A DNA stretch of 64,000 nucleotides from positions 1 through 64,000 of the forward strand of contig NKIB01009067.1 of the NCBI GenBank assembly GCA_002256025.1. The letters are read 5' to 3'. The stretch is from Asterionella formosa. Taxonomy: Eukaryota. Below, piece by piece: positions 25,220-38,874 of the stretch; the first letter of the stretch is position 1; each line of letters opens with the position of its first letter. The position numbers and the translations under genes were made by a program. The notes beneath the pieces were generated by a model. It searched no databases and was not told where the DNA came from. It saw only the letters and a program-made list of their open reading frames with translations.

Positions 25220-28200
25220 AGCAATTCCCGCTCCAGTTATCGTCTCGCCATCGGGGTACTGGGCGCGCTCTGATGATAAAAAATTATTATATCATGTGTG
25301 TATTATAACACAAATTATTCTGGTGATCTGCTACATAATTTCGTCCTTCCGCTCTGATAATAGAGATATTTTAGATTACTTCTCTGACATTATATATATT
25401 CTTAACTTTAATTTTCAACAGTTAACTTTTCATATCGATGCATCCTCTTGTATGCTATGCCGCCTCTTATTCATTATATGCATGAGTTCTATATATTCAT
25501 CATCGTCGGTCAAAAATGACGATGGCAATCGCTGTTTTCTTCCTAGATAATAATAATTCATTATCCCCTTTTTCGGATATGCTCAATCATACCATTGCTT
25601 AGAGTGTGAGCTTTTGTAATGGCTGGTAGTTGACTTGTGTGTAGTGAAATCCATAAGAATTTATATATTTATCGTGATGACTCGATTCAGTTGAGTCAAA
25701 GGACGAGAAAACTACTAGGGAAATGTATAGGCAAGTAATATATTTACCGGTTAAATCGCTTTGCTATATAATCATCATTTATCTAGTCTAAGAATTGAAG
25801 ATGGTTCATTTGTTACTGGGATGCCAAGTCTATTCACTTGTCATGTGTCGTACAACCCAGCCAGTGGGTTTGCAGCCACCATTCTTATCACTGTACTACT
25901 AGGGAGGAGTCTCTGTTTTTATATTGGGCAATGCCATGACGCAACAATCATTCAAGAGTCGGCTGACTGTCTCAAAAGGAGCCGCAAGGTGGAATCGAGC
26001 ACAAGATCTTTGTACTTCATTGTTGGTTTCTTGGTTCTTTGGTGGAGGTTTCTTCAAGTGAGGAGACACTGCTGGCTGTGCTTTGTTGCTTGATTGCCTT
26101 GTGATTGTCATTTGTTCTACAATGACAACTTGTTAGAGAAAGTTTCTAGCCTAGCGGTTGGTTCATTCATCTCATTCTGATCATTTCGTTTGTGCTTGTC
26201 CCCACCTTGAGCTTTTATGTTCCTTGGCTTGCTTGGTCATTGCTTCTGCAAAGATTAAAGAGTAATTGGCCCTATTGGCTCTATTATCTTCGTATGCATA
26301 ATCTTGTTGTATCCATAATGCTTTTTTAAAAAAACACCGTATAGAACAAGAGAGAAAACTACGGGCGATTTTCGATAAAGCAATTGCCAACCATCAGAAA
26401 TATTTCGTCCAATGGACGAGTGCTGAGCAGCTATCAATTCTTACTGCATTTGGAGAGTTCCTGGTTGGATGTATTGCTGATTATTGTTTGTTGGGTGCGC
26501 ACCATTTGCACAACTGGATCTTAATTTCGCATCCCTTGCTACCAGTGGAGTACAAATCTTTGGTTCAAAATGGATGTTAGGAAATATGGACATACAAGAT
26601 ACACACGGTGAGTGGGTCAAAGTATAAGGAAAGAAAAAGAAAGAAGCAAGCCACGTCCACAGTGAAGGTTACGTGGATGGATAAGTAGGTATATATACAT
26701 AGTTAACATGAGTTCTGCTCATTCTTTACTAATTATCGGGTTTACATCGATAAAGCCTCCCCTGTAGACTGTCTTCTTTCCATTGTTGCCTTACAGACAC
26801 AATGGAATACAGTCCGAACTTTTGGATTGAACATGATTAGTAAAGAAAGAGGCGGCATTTATAATCTATATATATTGCCAATAAATTTCCCTAGTGGTTT
26901 CTCGTCCTTTGACTCAACCGAATCGAGTCATTACGCTTATTATATAAAATTATGGATTTCACTAGTACACACAAGTCGTCTACCAGCCATTACAATAGCT
27001 CACGCTCTAAGCAATGATATGATTGAGCATATCCCAAAAAGGATAATGAATTACTAATATCTAGGAAGAAAACGGCGATCGCCATTGTCATTTTGATAAC
27101 ACGAGATATATCATAATGAAATTCAAACAGTTTCCGGGTTTTCGGCCCACCAAAAAAATATATGATTTCTCGACATCCGTGAGCACTACACTTCTAAGTA
27201 ATTTTCAGGCTCTAAGTAATATCTTATGTAATTTTTATTTAGGGGCAATATGCGGCACATCGAATTTTTCGGCAATAAAAATGTCGATTTTAGCATGACA
27301 GCCAGAATCACGGTAATATACATAGAACCGGCAAAACAAGAATTAAACACTCGAGAATGATTGTAACATGCAATATCAATGAAAATTGAACATGATGTTT
27401 GGAGCAACCAAAGTATATTATCCAATTTAATATGTAGCATCAAATGAGAAATAAAAAAATATTGTTTTGGGTTGGAAATACAGTAAAAAATAGGAGTTTC
27501 AGTGGAGACATTTGCATTGTAGCACTTACACTGGCAACAATGACTTTTCCATCACACCATTGAAAAGAGAAATGAAACAGATAAGAAGAAAAAAGCTGAA
27601 CCCAATTCAGATCTGCATCGTGATGTAGTGTAGATGATCTGGTTGCTGCAACCATAAACATCGCTGTTGTAGCCTGACAAAAGTTGCAGTCCTTCCGCCC
27701 ACAGTCGTTCCTCCCTCCAACAAACAACCCTGATCATCATTCCATGATTCCAATACATTCTGATTGATTATGATCGCGAGGCTGCTCCAGCACTATCGAC
27801 TCCCTCTAGCTGAATACTTAGCTTGTGATACGAACTCGTAGTAGAAATGTAGCAAAGCGCGTAAGTACAAAAAAGCATTGCTTGGCGGCAATATTGACAT
27901 CATTGCCAAAAACTATACAAATCAACAAATATGATCAACAAGCAACGGCACAATAAATCTTCAAAGAGGATTTATTCTTGATAAGTACATTGGTTCTTAT
28001 GTAGATAGATACAATCGAATCAAAACGACAGTGTGGAACGACAGCCAAGCAACAACGGAAGCGATCAAAACAGACCATGGAAGCAATCAAGCAAATCGGA
28101 AATTCATAAATAGGATCTACAATCCACATTCAGTGTTTCACTGTTGTACTCACCGATCCGCTTCAACTAGCATAACAAGCAGAAGACGATGGGATCAAAT

Positions 28201-28660
28201 AAAGGCAAACGTTGCCTGTTGCAAGCCCGAATAGAGCAATGGCAGGCAGAATAGAGTGAGAATTATAGTTTTGAGGACGAAATCGGGCATATGTAAAATC
28301 AGTCAATATGTGAACGATATAAAATCTGTTGAGTTTTTAAAATGGTTTCTTTAAGTAGACCCCTTGCCGATTTCGGCAATCCCAGGGTTGGAAACCGAGG
28401 GGCAGTTGGCGTAAATTGTCTTGCCGAAATGCGAACATACGAAATCTATAAAGTATATTTTAATGATAGTCAATATTGGACCTTTGGCAAGATTTTATGT
28501 GAATATAGAAAATATTCGAAATTTATTTTATATGATGGGCTATAGTAAGCTAAAAATGACATTTATGCTGTATTTGTGGGCAGTAGGTAAGCGAATCGCG
28601 TGACGATCGCTAGTTTGTGAATTGCCTCAACAAAACTCTTCTCGGTGGCTACTTGCTTGC
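25220..28660 (+). mobile_element. Family A copy 2, interrupted by family B at 25261-27189
   Basis: 25221-25260 matches 961-1000 and resumes at 27193 (TCTAAGTAATT). 3' inverted repeat at 28602-28626, followed by the shared tail to ~28656. Confidence 0.8.
25261..27189 (+). mobile_element. Family B non-autonomous PIF/Harbinger-group (PHIS) element with 3-bp TSD ACT
   Basis: ACT at 25258-25260 and 27190-27192; the empty site is visible at 998-1000. Ends are GGGCGCGCTC...GAGCACTAC. A sibling at 58984 carries a transposase N-terminus. Confidence 0.8.
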
Positions 28661-30527
28661 CTTCTCGTATACATGTGTACTCGCAGGCAAGAGACCACCT
28701 CGGGCGTATCTTGTCTTCAGTATTACTTTTTATGACTAAATAGTGCACCAGGTACCGGTAACGGATGGTACATGCATACCACTACCGGTTTACTGGTAGT
28801 CTGCTCTGCACTATATATAACTCAGTACCACGTAGAAACTGTAAGCTACAGCTATTTTACTTTATCTTCCGACTAAAAATATGTATGTAAGTATTACAAC
28901 GATCAAAACTTGATGCAAGTGCAAAGTTTATGTTAGATGATGTCCTCTGCTATACTAAATGTATTAAGGAATCAGTTTTGACTCAGTGTATGGAGTCATG
29001 TAGATAAAAAATTCCTAAGTCACTAAGATTGCTTCAGAGCGGTGGCTTACAGTGCATTTTTTTATGTGCATATGCATATATTTTCCACTACACTGTGTGT
29101 ATTCTTACTCCTTTATACCACAATAATTTTTTCTTATTACTTCACGTTTTATTCCTTTGCAGACCAGTATTATCGTCAGAGAATACTTCTTATTCACACC
29201 CTGAATTTTAGGTCAAACCGACACGTATAAAATGGTTGGTACAAAATATACACACGAGAATGACTTCTATCTCGGGCGGACCACACCCATCCATACCTAA
29301 AACAGAAAGTACTGATAATACGTTGCAGGGCGGAGCAGATGACAAAAGATATTGTAACTATAGTATACACACAATATGTAAATTACGACTCACTATCACA
29401 TCATTTCAACCTCAACCAAATGATAGAATGTAGATGAAATGAATAGCTAGCTATTATTAGTGTCAGTACTACTTGTTCTGTTGAAAATTGTTGACAACAT
29501 TCAACAATGGCGTGATTCTTCGGTTGGCTGCTTGAACCAAATTAATTCCCTTGTTCATTTCAATAACTACTAGTAGCAATTCATTAGCATCAAAATTTCA
29601 AAATCAGAGTTTCGATGTTAACATTGTAGACTTTAGTAGTAGATTTATCCATACTGCTAGCTAGTTTGAATAATCTTGCACATTGTGAGTTTAGCTTCAT
29701 GGACTCCTTGCATCGCTCATGAAGCCTCAATGATAGGCTTATGGAGCGAGTTCAATCATCTCGTAAATCTATCAAAGAATCAGGTTATTTGTGTGATTTT
29801 TTAACTACCCGACCTTCTTTATCAGTTTGCAACAAATGGTTGACCCTCAGTGACAAATTTACATGATATGGTGATAGCAATCCAGAAAGCTTGATTCAGT
29901 TCAACAATCAAAAATGCGCCAGAGTTTAAAAACTTGAAGTCGGTAATTAATAGACAAACACATTCTAAGGGGGTTTTCTAGCAATAAGAACAGGTTGGTT
30001 TATCGATGATAGCAGCTGGTAATCGATTGGGCTTGAATTGGCGACGAAAACGAAGAAGTATGACTTTGTACTAGGCATGGATGGTAAACAGAATAAATCA
30101 GACGACTTCATAATCAAACGAACATTTTCATGGCTGTCATGATATCTAGTCATCAACTCTCTATTTTAAAATCACATCAACACATGCAACGAGCTGTTAG
30201 AATAGTGGTCGCATTACCAACATGCAGCTAGTATCACAATATATTTTCAACCCAAAATTCACTTGCAATGTTGCTGCATACTAGCTAGTATTTCAGAGAT
30301 TGACAAGACAGCATCACTTCGGTTGATTTCTGTGACAAGCGATCGTCGCTTCATACAAATGAGCACAACCTTAGCTGGTAATGACAAAGGTGAGCCGAGC
30401 AAACTGTAGACCGATCTTATGGTTACGCAATATTTAATGACAAGGACAACGAAAAGTTAATCCTGACAAGATTCTACAACACTGGTACGTACTGACATGT
30501 ATGTATGTGCATCCATCAGGTACCAGG

Positions 30528-30752
30528 AGAGCGATCCTGCATATCGATACTACAGATGTATGCAGGGTTAGGGTTAGGGTTAGGGTTATATCAAATACAT
30601 CAGAACTCAATTATGAGAGAACTTGACTAAAAACCATTGTAAACTTTGGTGTCAACTTAGGAAACGAGTAGTACAGAAGGGTTAATTAATAAGCTCATTT
30701 ATTCAACAAATAATAACACCTCTAGTTAGATTACCTCTAGTTAGATACTTCA
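30528..30752 (+). repeat. Gypsy 5' LTR (AG..CA, first base mutated)
   Basis: Aligns with 42459-42623 from GAGCGATC to TCTAGTTAGATACTTCA. Confidence 0.85.
30564..30587 (+). repeat. Telomere-like (AGGGTT)4 repeat inside the LTR
   Basis: Seen directly. Confidence 0.9.
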
Positions 30753-30791
30753 CTTTGAATTCAAAAAGAGTCCAATAAGAACAAAACAATC

Positions 30792-33700
30792 ATGGCAATA
30801 TATTCAAGGTTTCCTGTCATCCCTTTGATCAAAGATTACAATGTATTGACTATCAAGACTACTAAGACATTCAGAGTTGCTTTGATCAGTGGAAGGTTTG
30901 AATCATTTGATCAAGATATGATTGATGGAAGCTCTGTGGAAGCATTGTTGATTGGAGTGAATCAATTTCGTGACATGGCTAACACATGTGCCTTTAGCCC
31001 TGCAGATACCTTTTCTTACTTTGAAAGGTGTTTGACCGACATTACCTTATCGGATTGGTTAAATGTGGAAGTACACCCAGAAGATCAATACTACGATAGT
31101 TTCGATGAAGCAATGGTTTTATGGTTAGATGATCATTTACCAAATGAGAGTTTTCAATGTCAATGACAATGGATGCTACACTACTACTTATCTAAAACCC
31201 TTTTCTATGTTGGTAATGGATTTCGGAGCTTGTATTAAAACTTTGAACAAGCTACTTCAACTAATGCCTCATCCAGCAGATTAAAACGGATTGTCAAAAG
31301 AAGATATGCGGATTATTATCATCCGTTCTATGCCTGATGAGTGGCAACAAGAGTTTGAATTGAATCATGCTAAATCTCCAGACCAATCAATTCGCTCGGT
31401 TCTCGCTAAATTCGAGAGTCAACAGTCGTTTAAGGACCGAAACAAGCACCTTCCCAAGAACAGTTTTCAAATAATCACGCAAAATCGTCTTTGTATTGCT
31501 GAAGGCAATCGTGTGATGCGTCAAGAAAACGAGCGTGTCAGTCGTCAATTTTACAACAATGATTTTACTCCAAGTGGTCGTGGAAGAGCGCTTGCTATTG
31601 TCAACGCAGCCGGTCATGCATGGGATCGTCAGGCGACTGTTCGTCATCAAGCTCTACAAGCCAGTCGTACGTACCATGATTATCGTGGTCCTTGCCCGGT
31701 ACATCCTGAAGGTACCTGGTAAACAAACTTGGGGCAATTGTTTTCAGAATCCTCGTACTCAAGGTGGTCGAGCAGGTTGCATGGCTGGTCGTCACAAAGA
31801 ACATGGCCATTCTAGTTTCGGTTGACAAGGACATTTTGGTGGTCACGGAGATGGCTCACACAGCAATCCTACGGAAAGCTACCATACTGACACCCCTAAC
31901 CCTGTGCCTGTTCCACTTACTCATATGTTAAATGCATGGGGTCATAATACTCATTCATCCGGTTGGGGTACCATGCCACATGCCGATCTCAACGAGAATA
32001 CATCTGCCCAAGAAATTTCAGTGGTCACAAACCCTCCTGCCGGTCAGCTAGTGACTTTTGTCCCTACTACACAACAGCAGATTGCTGATCACCATCACAG
32101 AGGTTTGTGCGAAAATAGCGATGCTATTCATAATGACTCATTGAGTATATCTCACATTTGTCATCACCTGAACAATATTGTTTATATACAGGTTGAATAC
32201 ACTATGAATACCGCTGTTGCTGTAACACGGGACATATATAAATGCATCGATGGACATGACGTTCCACATACATATCAGGGCCCAATTCCGGTTTCCTGTT
32301 TTACTTTTAAGGATATATTAACGTCAATTGATCTGATTCCGATGTCTCTTTTAGCGCCACGATTGGTGGATGCTACGCCTATGCATAAAATACTACGAGT
32401 ATGATTTGATAGTGGATGATCCTTATCCTTAATACATGAACAGGTTATGCCTCAAGGTATTTCTTTGTCTAACAAGACTTCCCAATTAATACATACCATA
32501 GTTGGTACTTATTCATCTCATGCCAGTGTTATTTTATATGACCTCATTCTACCTGAATTTTATCGATCTGCTTGTGTTTTACAACAAAAGTGTCAAGTTT
32601 TTAATGGTCTATGCACATTTGATGCTATTTTAGGACGTGATTTCCTTCGTCAAGTTGGTTTAACCATTGATTTCGTAAATAACACCATGTCCTGGAAGGA
32701 TATGACTGTTTCTATGCATTTTCTCACATTCTTTGATGATGGAGAACGTTTTCGTGATGTATTATTATTGTATTTTGATGCACCTCTGATTGTGGAATCT
32801 GCATATGCACTGGAAATTAAAGCTACTGAATACAATTACGTGAATATTGATACAGTTGTAGATCAACAGATGCATTTGACAACAATGCAACAATCAAGTT
32901 TCCAAATAAATTGGTTAAATATCAAACATTATTTGATGGAAAATTAAAAGGTTATCCTCAAAAACAGGTACATTTGGAATTTTCATCAAATGCCATCCCT
33001 TGTCATCAACGGGCATATCCTGTCGCTCATTTTCATTTAGAAGTTTTCAAAACCGAATTACAACGGTCGTGTGATATTGGAGTCATACAAAAATGTGGTG
33101 CTTCTAAATAGGCGTCGCCCACTTTTATTATTCCTCAAAAGGATGGAAGTGTCAGATTGGTGTCAGATTTTCGTGAACTCAATAAAGTCATCAATCGCAA
33201 TATATACCCTTTACCTTGAATGCAAAATATTCTCACTCAAAGTGCAAGATATCTATTTTCACCAAATTGGATGTTTCTATGCAATACTATACTTTCTCAT
33301 TAGATGTAGAGAGTCAAATTTTGTGCCTTATTTTCACTCTATTTGGTTTATATAAATAGTTACGTCTCCCTATCGGTGAGAAGCAATCATCTGATATTGC
33401 ACAAGAAACTATGGAACAGATTCTTAGTGATTTAGATGATGTGGAAGTTTATATTGATGATGTGGATTGTTTTTCAATGAATTTTCCGGATCACCTTCAT
33501 TTATTGGACACTATTTACATCGTTTACAGGCAAATGGTTTTACAATTTATCCATTTTAGTGTGAATGGGCAGTCCAAGAGACAGATTGGTTAGGCTATTG
33601 GTGAACTCCTAATGGACTGAAACCTTGGTCTAAAAAGGACCGAGCATTGATTAATATGTCTTCACCTACCAATCTTAAACAAGTCAGATCATTCCTTGGT

Positions 33701-34750
33701 GCTATTACGTACTATCGAGACATGTTTCCTAGACAATCTCATGTTCTTGGACCACTTACGGATTTAATTGGAACTGGCCCATTTGTCTGGTTTCCTATAC
33801 ATCAAAAAGCTTTTGAAGAAATGAAAGCATTGTTAGTTGCAGATATACTCATGCGTTATCCTGATCATAATTTTACTTTTCATATTTTTACTGATGCCTC
33901 TGATTATCAATTAGGGTCGGTCATTATGCAAAATGATCTCCCAGTTGCTTATTATTCTCGCAAATTATCTGCTGCTCAAAAGAATTATACTACATTGAAA
34001 AAGAATTACTTTCTGTGGTAGAAACTTTCAAAGAATTTCACTCTATGTTATTGGATGCAGTTCTACATGTTCACACTGATCATCGAAATCTTTTTATAAT
34101 ACTTTACACACTCAATGTGTTCTACGGTGGAGACTTTATATTGAAGAATATCATCCTACTTTTCACTACGTGAAAGGAACTGACAATGCTATTGAAGATT
34201 CCATCTCTCGCCTCCCGATGCTTGAGTCTTTGGTGGGGGATGATATTGGACCGAATTCTCCAACATCAATATCCATTTCTACCTTTTCAATTGAGTTAGA
34301 TGATGAACCTTTGCTTACCTGTTTCCTCAATCATTCAATCTTGACAGACAATATTCAATTTCCTCTGGATTATAATTTAATACATGATAGACAATTGCTG
34401 GATATACAATTGATTGTCAATCAACAAACACATCCGTTAAAATTTCCCTCTATCAATTTTCATGATATATTTTTAATATGTTTTGTGAATAATCCAGGAG
34501 ATACTTGGCGCATTGCTATTCCTACATAATTATTGGATCCTATTATTAATTGGTATCATCAGATGTTAGCTCATGTTTGTATGACAAGATTAAATGCTAC
34601 AATTGCTATACAATCCTACATTAAAAGCAAGAGTGGCACATGTCGTAAGCATATGTGAAGCATGTCAACGAACAAAATTAACTGGTACTGGTTTTGGTGA
34701 ACCTCCACCCAGGAATGCATTGTTATTGCCATGGTCAGATGTCGCAGAAG
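30792..34750 (+). pseudogene. Gypsy gag-pol remnant: gag, protease, RT, RNase H, integrase N-terminus
   Basis: SMPDEWQ (gag), FDSG and ILGRDFL (PR), [12 protein letters not shown] and YIDD (RT), FTDASDYQLG (RH), WYH..L.H...CEACQRTK (IN zinc finger). Many stops. Confidence 0.93.
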
Positions 34751-35399
34751 TGTTGGGTATATATAAAATGCAAAGCATGGATCTAACTTAGAAGTTTAGG
34801 GATGATTCTATTTAGTAATAGGACTAGTGATATATAACAGTTGTCATTAGATAGGAATATTATTAGTTTTCTTATAATCTAACCAGCTCATCCAAGGCAG
34901 ACTTAATAGATGCAAATATGAATCTTTGTGCTTTGTGCTTCGGGGTGTTCATGGCTTATCATTCTATATGAAATCATTTTCGATTTTTGAGTCCAGCTTT
35001 TTGTCATCACTGGAAATACACCGTTTTCTTCTTTGGTCAGTCTGTAAGATGCATAAGCAGCAAAGGAGAGTGAATTGCCCCATAATTGTTGTCTGTAGAG
35101 ATTCCGTTCAAAAGTCTATGCCAAGTAGGTACATAAATATGCCGTGAAATTCAGGATATTTCCCTTCTGTATGATTCATGTTACACATCAGCAATTTCTT
35201 CCCAATTATTGCCTTGGCCATTTATTAACCCAGCCGATTTATGGCGAAAACGAGTGAGTTGTTGTTTCATACTTTTTTTTATGCTTCATCAATAGGAATT
35301 CCTTTAGAACTTGCCTAAGCAATGTAACATGCTGATTTCATGTTACAACTGGGTCTCCCATGCAACCTAGCAACTGATGTATCAATGGAGTTAGATTCT

Positions 35400-36514
35400 A
35401 GATGTCCCTTTGGGTGGTGCCTCCAGTAAAATCAGGGCAATAAAACCAGGATAACAACCCTTATTGCAACGAGCTAGAGACCAGTGGATGGCGCTCCTCA
35501 ATTGAATAGCTCAACAAGGTCAGAGTTAATTGGGCTAGCATCCGCCCTCCAGTTTCTTCAGGAATTTACAACATTCCTCTAGAAGATTGAGACAGAGTCA
35601 AAACTGACATTGGCAAGATTGAAGTACCTCTCGTGGACACTCCCCCCAGGGAGGCCTCCAGCAAATGCGGACATCTTAGCATTCCTTGCCCGCTTGATCC
35701 GCTGTCTGAGCTGCAAGGTGCATACAAGATTGGTAAAATCGCACCAAGATCGCTCCGGTACAACAAGGTTGTAAATTGCGGTGGCTTTGAATTTTAAAGC
35801 TGACGAGCTGGCCCGGAATTTCTAAAACAGTTTCCGACTACACCTAAAGGGCGACCCTCAGTAAATTCAGTGCATTTTCCATGGATGCAGGCAATTCTAC
35901 TAGGGAATGGTGTAAGAATTTTCACAGTTTCACAGGTCAAGCAATTTGGGAACACTTCAAAGGTGCACAGCCAGTACCAACTCTATTTTCGGACCAAACA
36001 CAAATTAAGTGCGAGAAGTCATAATAGACAGGAATATCTGCAGCATCCACTTCCCAAAAAACCCCATAGGACAATTATAACCAAATATATTCACGGTTGG
36101 ATCCTCCCAATAACAGGCGACTGCTGAAAGTATATTCATAGTGGTGATCCATTGTGCCCTCCTGACTGTTCTGTGACAGAGACAAATGAACACTTGCTTC
36201 TTTGCAAACACAAAAAAATAAAATATAGCAGAACAAATCCCTTCACTAGTATAATGCGGTCCACAATGGGGAACTACAAAGTGGGAAAAAATATCTCTCG
36301 AGTTTGGCTAGATTATCTGTCTCATCCTCTTAAAAACCTGGGCCAACCATTTAATCTTTGTCGCACCCTGCACTACGCAGAGGATCAAATCAATTCTTCA
36401 AAAGCAATCAGACATCAAGAGCATCTGGGATTTAAGCAAACGCCAAGAGGAGGGTATCTGACAAAACAATGGTGTAATGTGTCAGCCAGAGAATTGTATT
36501 GTGAGTCGTGGTGA
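35400..36514 (+). pseudogene. Non-LTR retrotransposon 3' fragment (RNase H plus zinc knuckle; Ambal-like)
   Basis: FGWC...PVDGAPQLNSSTRSELIGLASAL (RNase H); KYIHGWILP; CPPDCSVTETNEHLLLC. Confidence 0.6.
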
Positions 36515-37349
36515 TTGGGTAAAGGATTTTCTTTGTGTCCCCACTCCTTGGCTGGTGCTGTTTCTCTGTTAATTACTTTCTTTAGATTGGTTGGTCAGCT
36601 AGCATGAGTTTCTTGTCAATTCTTGTGGTTCTTTTATCTGCTTGTAGTGAATTGTATACTGTGTAGGTACGGTTCGACCGAAACGGTCTGTTTGGATCTG
36701 ATTTGGATGCTTGGACATCCCCTTGTATTCACAACGACGATTTTATACCCAATCTTTTCGTTTCAGTTTGCCATGATTGGTTGTCTTGGACGATTCCGAT
36801 TCTTTGTTTGGTGGTATGTTTGGACATGTATTGTTTCAATTTATTCCTCATAATAGGGATTGTTGCTACACTAAAATGTCCTTCCTAGTCGTTTTCGTGA
36901 CACTGCAAGAACTCAGTGCCAATTTCTTACGATCGATTGGACAAATCATAAAAGTCCTTGTTGTGAAGGACGCTTGGCCTAACAACAGACGCATTGTGGT
37001 AAGGGCCCCTGACTGTCCTATTCCTTCTCAACCGTGAATGTAAATTCAACTAGATTTGTTCACTCCGACCATGTGAGCAGCTTTATGCATTCATTGTCGG
37101 AGCATTGTGCACTTGGCTGTGTCGTGAGCAGAAAGACGCCATTCTTCCACCATGCAACCAGTTTTGTTGTTAATATAATGAGTTGCAATAATGATAACTG
37201 CTGTTGATCCCTCCTAAAAAGTCGTTTCCGTTGTTGCTGTTAGAGATAAAAATGGTGTCTTTGTTAATTAATTCAATTACATGAAATAAATTAAATTTAT
37301 AAAATTAGTGTTACTTAATGCTGTATCTGCAGCGATGTACACAGTTACA

Positions 37350-38545
37350 CATTTTGGAGCAACTAATAATGAGTTGCTGAAAGCAACATTCCACCTGGAT
37401 GTTGGAGATACAAAAATTGGGCTGAGAAACACTTTTCTAATTCTTGCATCTCTGTTAAACCCTGCCCATAAGCATTGATAAAGGAATGAATCGCAAAAGC
37501 GGTCTTGTCCAGTCTTTGTTCGGAATATCTGTGCCATAAAGTGTCATTAGCGCTTCACAAGCCTTGGTGTAATCCTCTTTTTTAGTGTGAATAGTAGTAG
37601 CAAACACCAATGGAAAGGTGTCAGACAACCCATGTATTTTTGACCAACTTACTTGAATGGGAATCTCCTGATCTTTAGTATGAATGCGAATTTTTGAGCG
37701 ATATGTTTTGCTAGCTCCACTCGATTTTCCACTACCATTGTTCTATACAATACTCCCACCATTACCATGGAAGAAATCACGAATGGTGCCCATGGTAAGG
37801 ATAAAACTGGTTATTTGGTGTTTTCGAAAATATCCAGGGGCGGGGAGTGTGCAGATGAAGCATCCCATGAAGGTAGTCCTTGGTTACTGCACCTTTGTGC
37901 ACAAAGCGTCTGATTAGTTAAGTTTCAATTGAGTCCAGGATGTTGCCCTGCCTTCTCGTGGTTGGATCAAGCAACTTGGATGTTTCTGGAGCAATGATTT
38001 GAACTGCCAGTGCTTCCTTGAGAATAGCCTTGAATGGTGGTGCTGTTTTATCATTTTGCCAGGAGGGCTTTATATTAAGTTTTGTCTGTTATCTATTGAA
38101 ACATTGCTTGAGAGCAATATTGAGTGATGTTTGATACAGATCAAGGGTCAATGAGTACTGTTCCTTTCCAAAATGGAAATTCTTGGTATACCTCAGTGTA
38201 TGTTGGGCACATGCTCAATGGGGAGAACCATTATGTGTAGTCCTGCAACATCTGTCCTATGATAAGCAGGCAACCAGTACAAACCACCGGTAGGATTATC
38301 GCAACACTTCACCCTCTCTGGGTGGGTAAAATCTTGTCTGGAAAATGTCGAAAATTTCCCATGCAACAAGGTATGTTGCTTATTTGTGATCATTAATTTG
38401 TGTGGTATCCTTTGATAGCACTAATTACAACAATAGGTCCAGTATTCTCCCCATCTTCTGTTTGATAGGAGAATTAGTGAGTTGAGGTGCTCAATTGTTT
38501 CGATCTTTTTACCAGTCAATAATTCATCCTGACGATTTGCAGTTT
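37350..38545 (-). pseudogene. Possible Crypton (CryptonF/NDC10-II-like) tyrosine recombinase remnant
   Basis: Scattered fragments TANRQDEL, EDGENTGPIVVISAIKG, MGNFRH, CCDNPTGGLYWL..YHRTDVAG, TTRRQGNILD and FLSPIFVSP occur in the expected order. Heavily decayed. Confidence 0.4.
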
Positions 38546-38874
38546 AAGATAAATAAATATATGATACAAAAGTATTTGCAGTAGTCCTCATATTGTATGT
38601 CTGTTCTGTACTAGCAATTATGGTAATTTCAAGTAATGTATCATTATCATCACACTATGGTAATCGATGTGCATTTATCGAGTCTATGGACCAAATGCAC
38701 AATGGTACAGGTAGTCTACTACCTAATGGTAGTCCAGATATGATGATTTGCTTGGTTTCTTGTTCAGAAGCAATAAAAGTAGAATTGAAAATATATTATT
38801 AGAAAGATTACCACCCATTTTTTATAATAATGGCTAAATGAATTTGAATTTACAGTAGTCAAGTGGCGGCAAAC

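Noticed and set aside
29450..30470. Possible hAT-like transposase remnant on the minus strand
   Set aside because: Only a faint VGNAT fragment; too decayed to support by eye.
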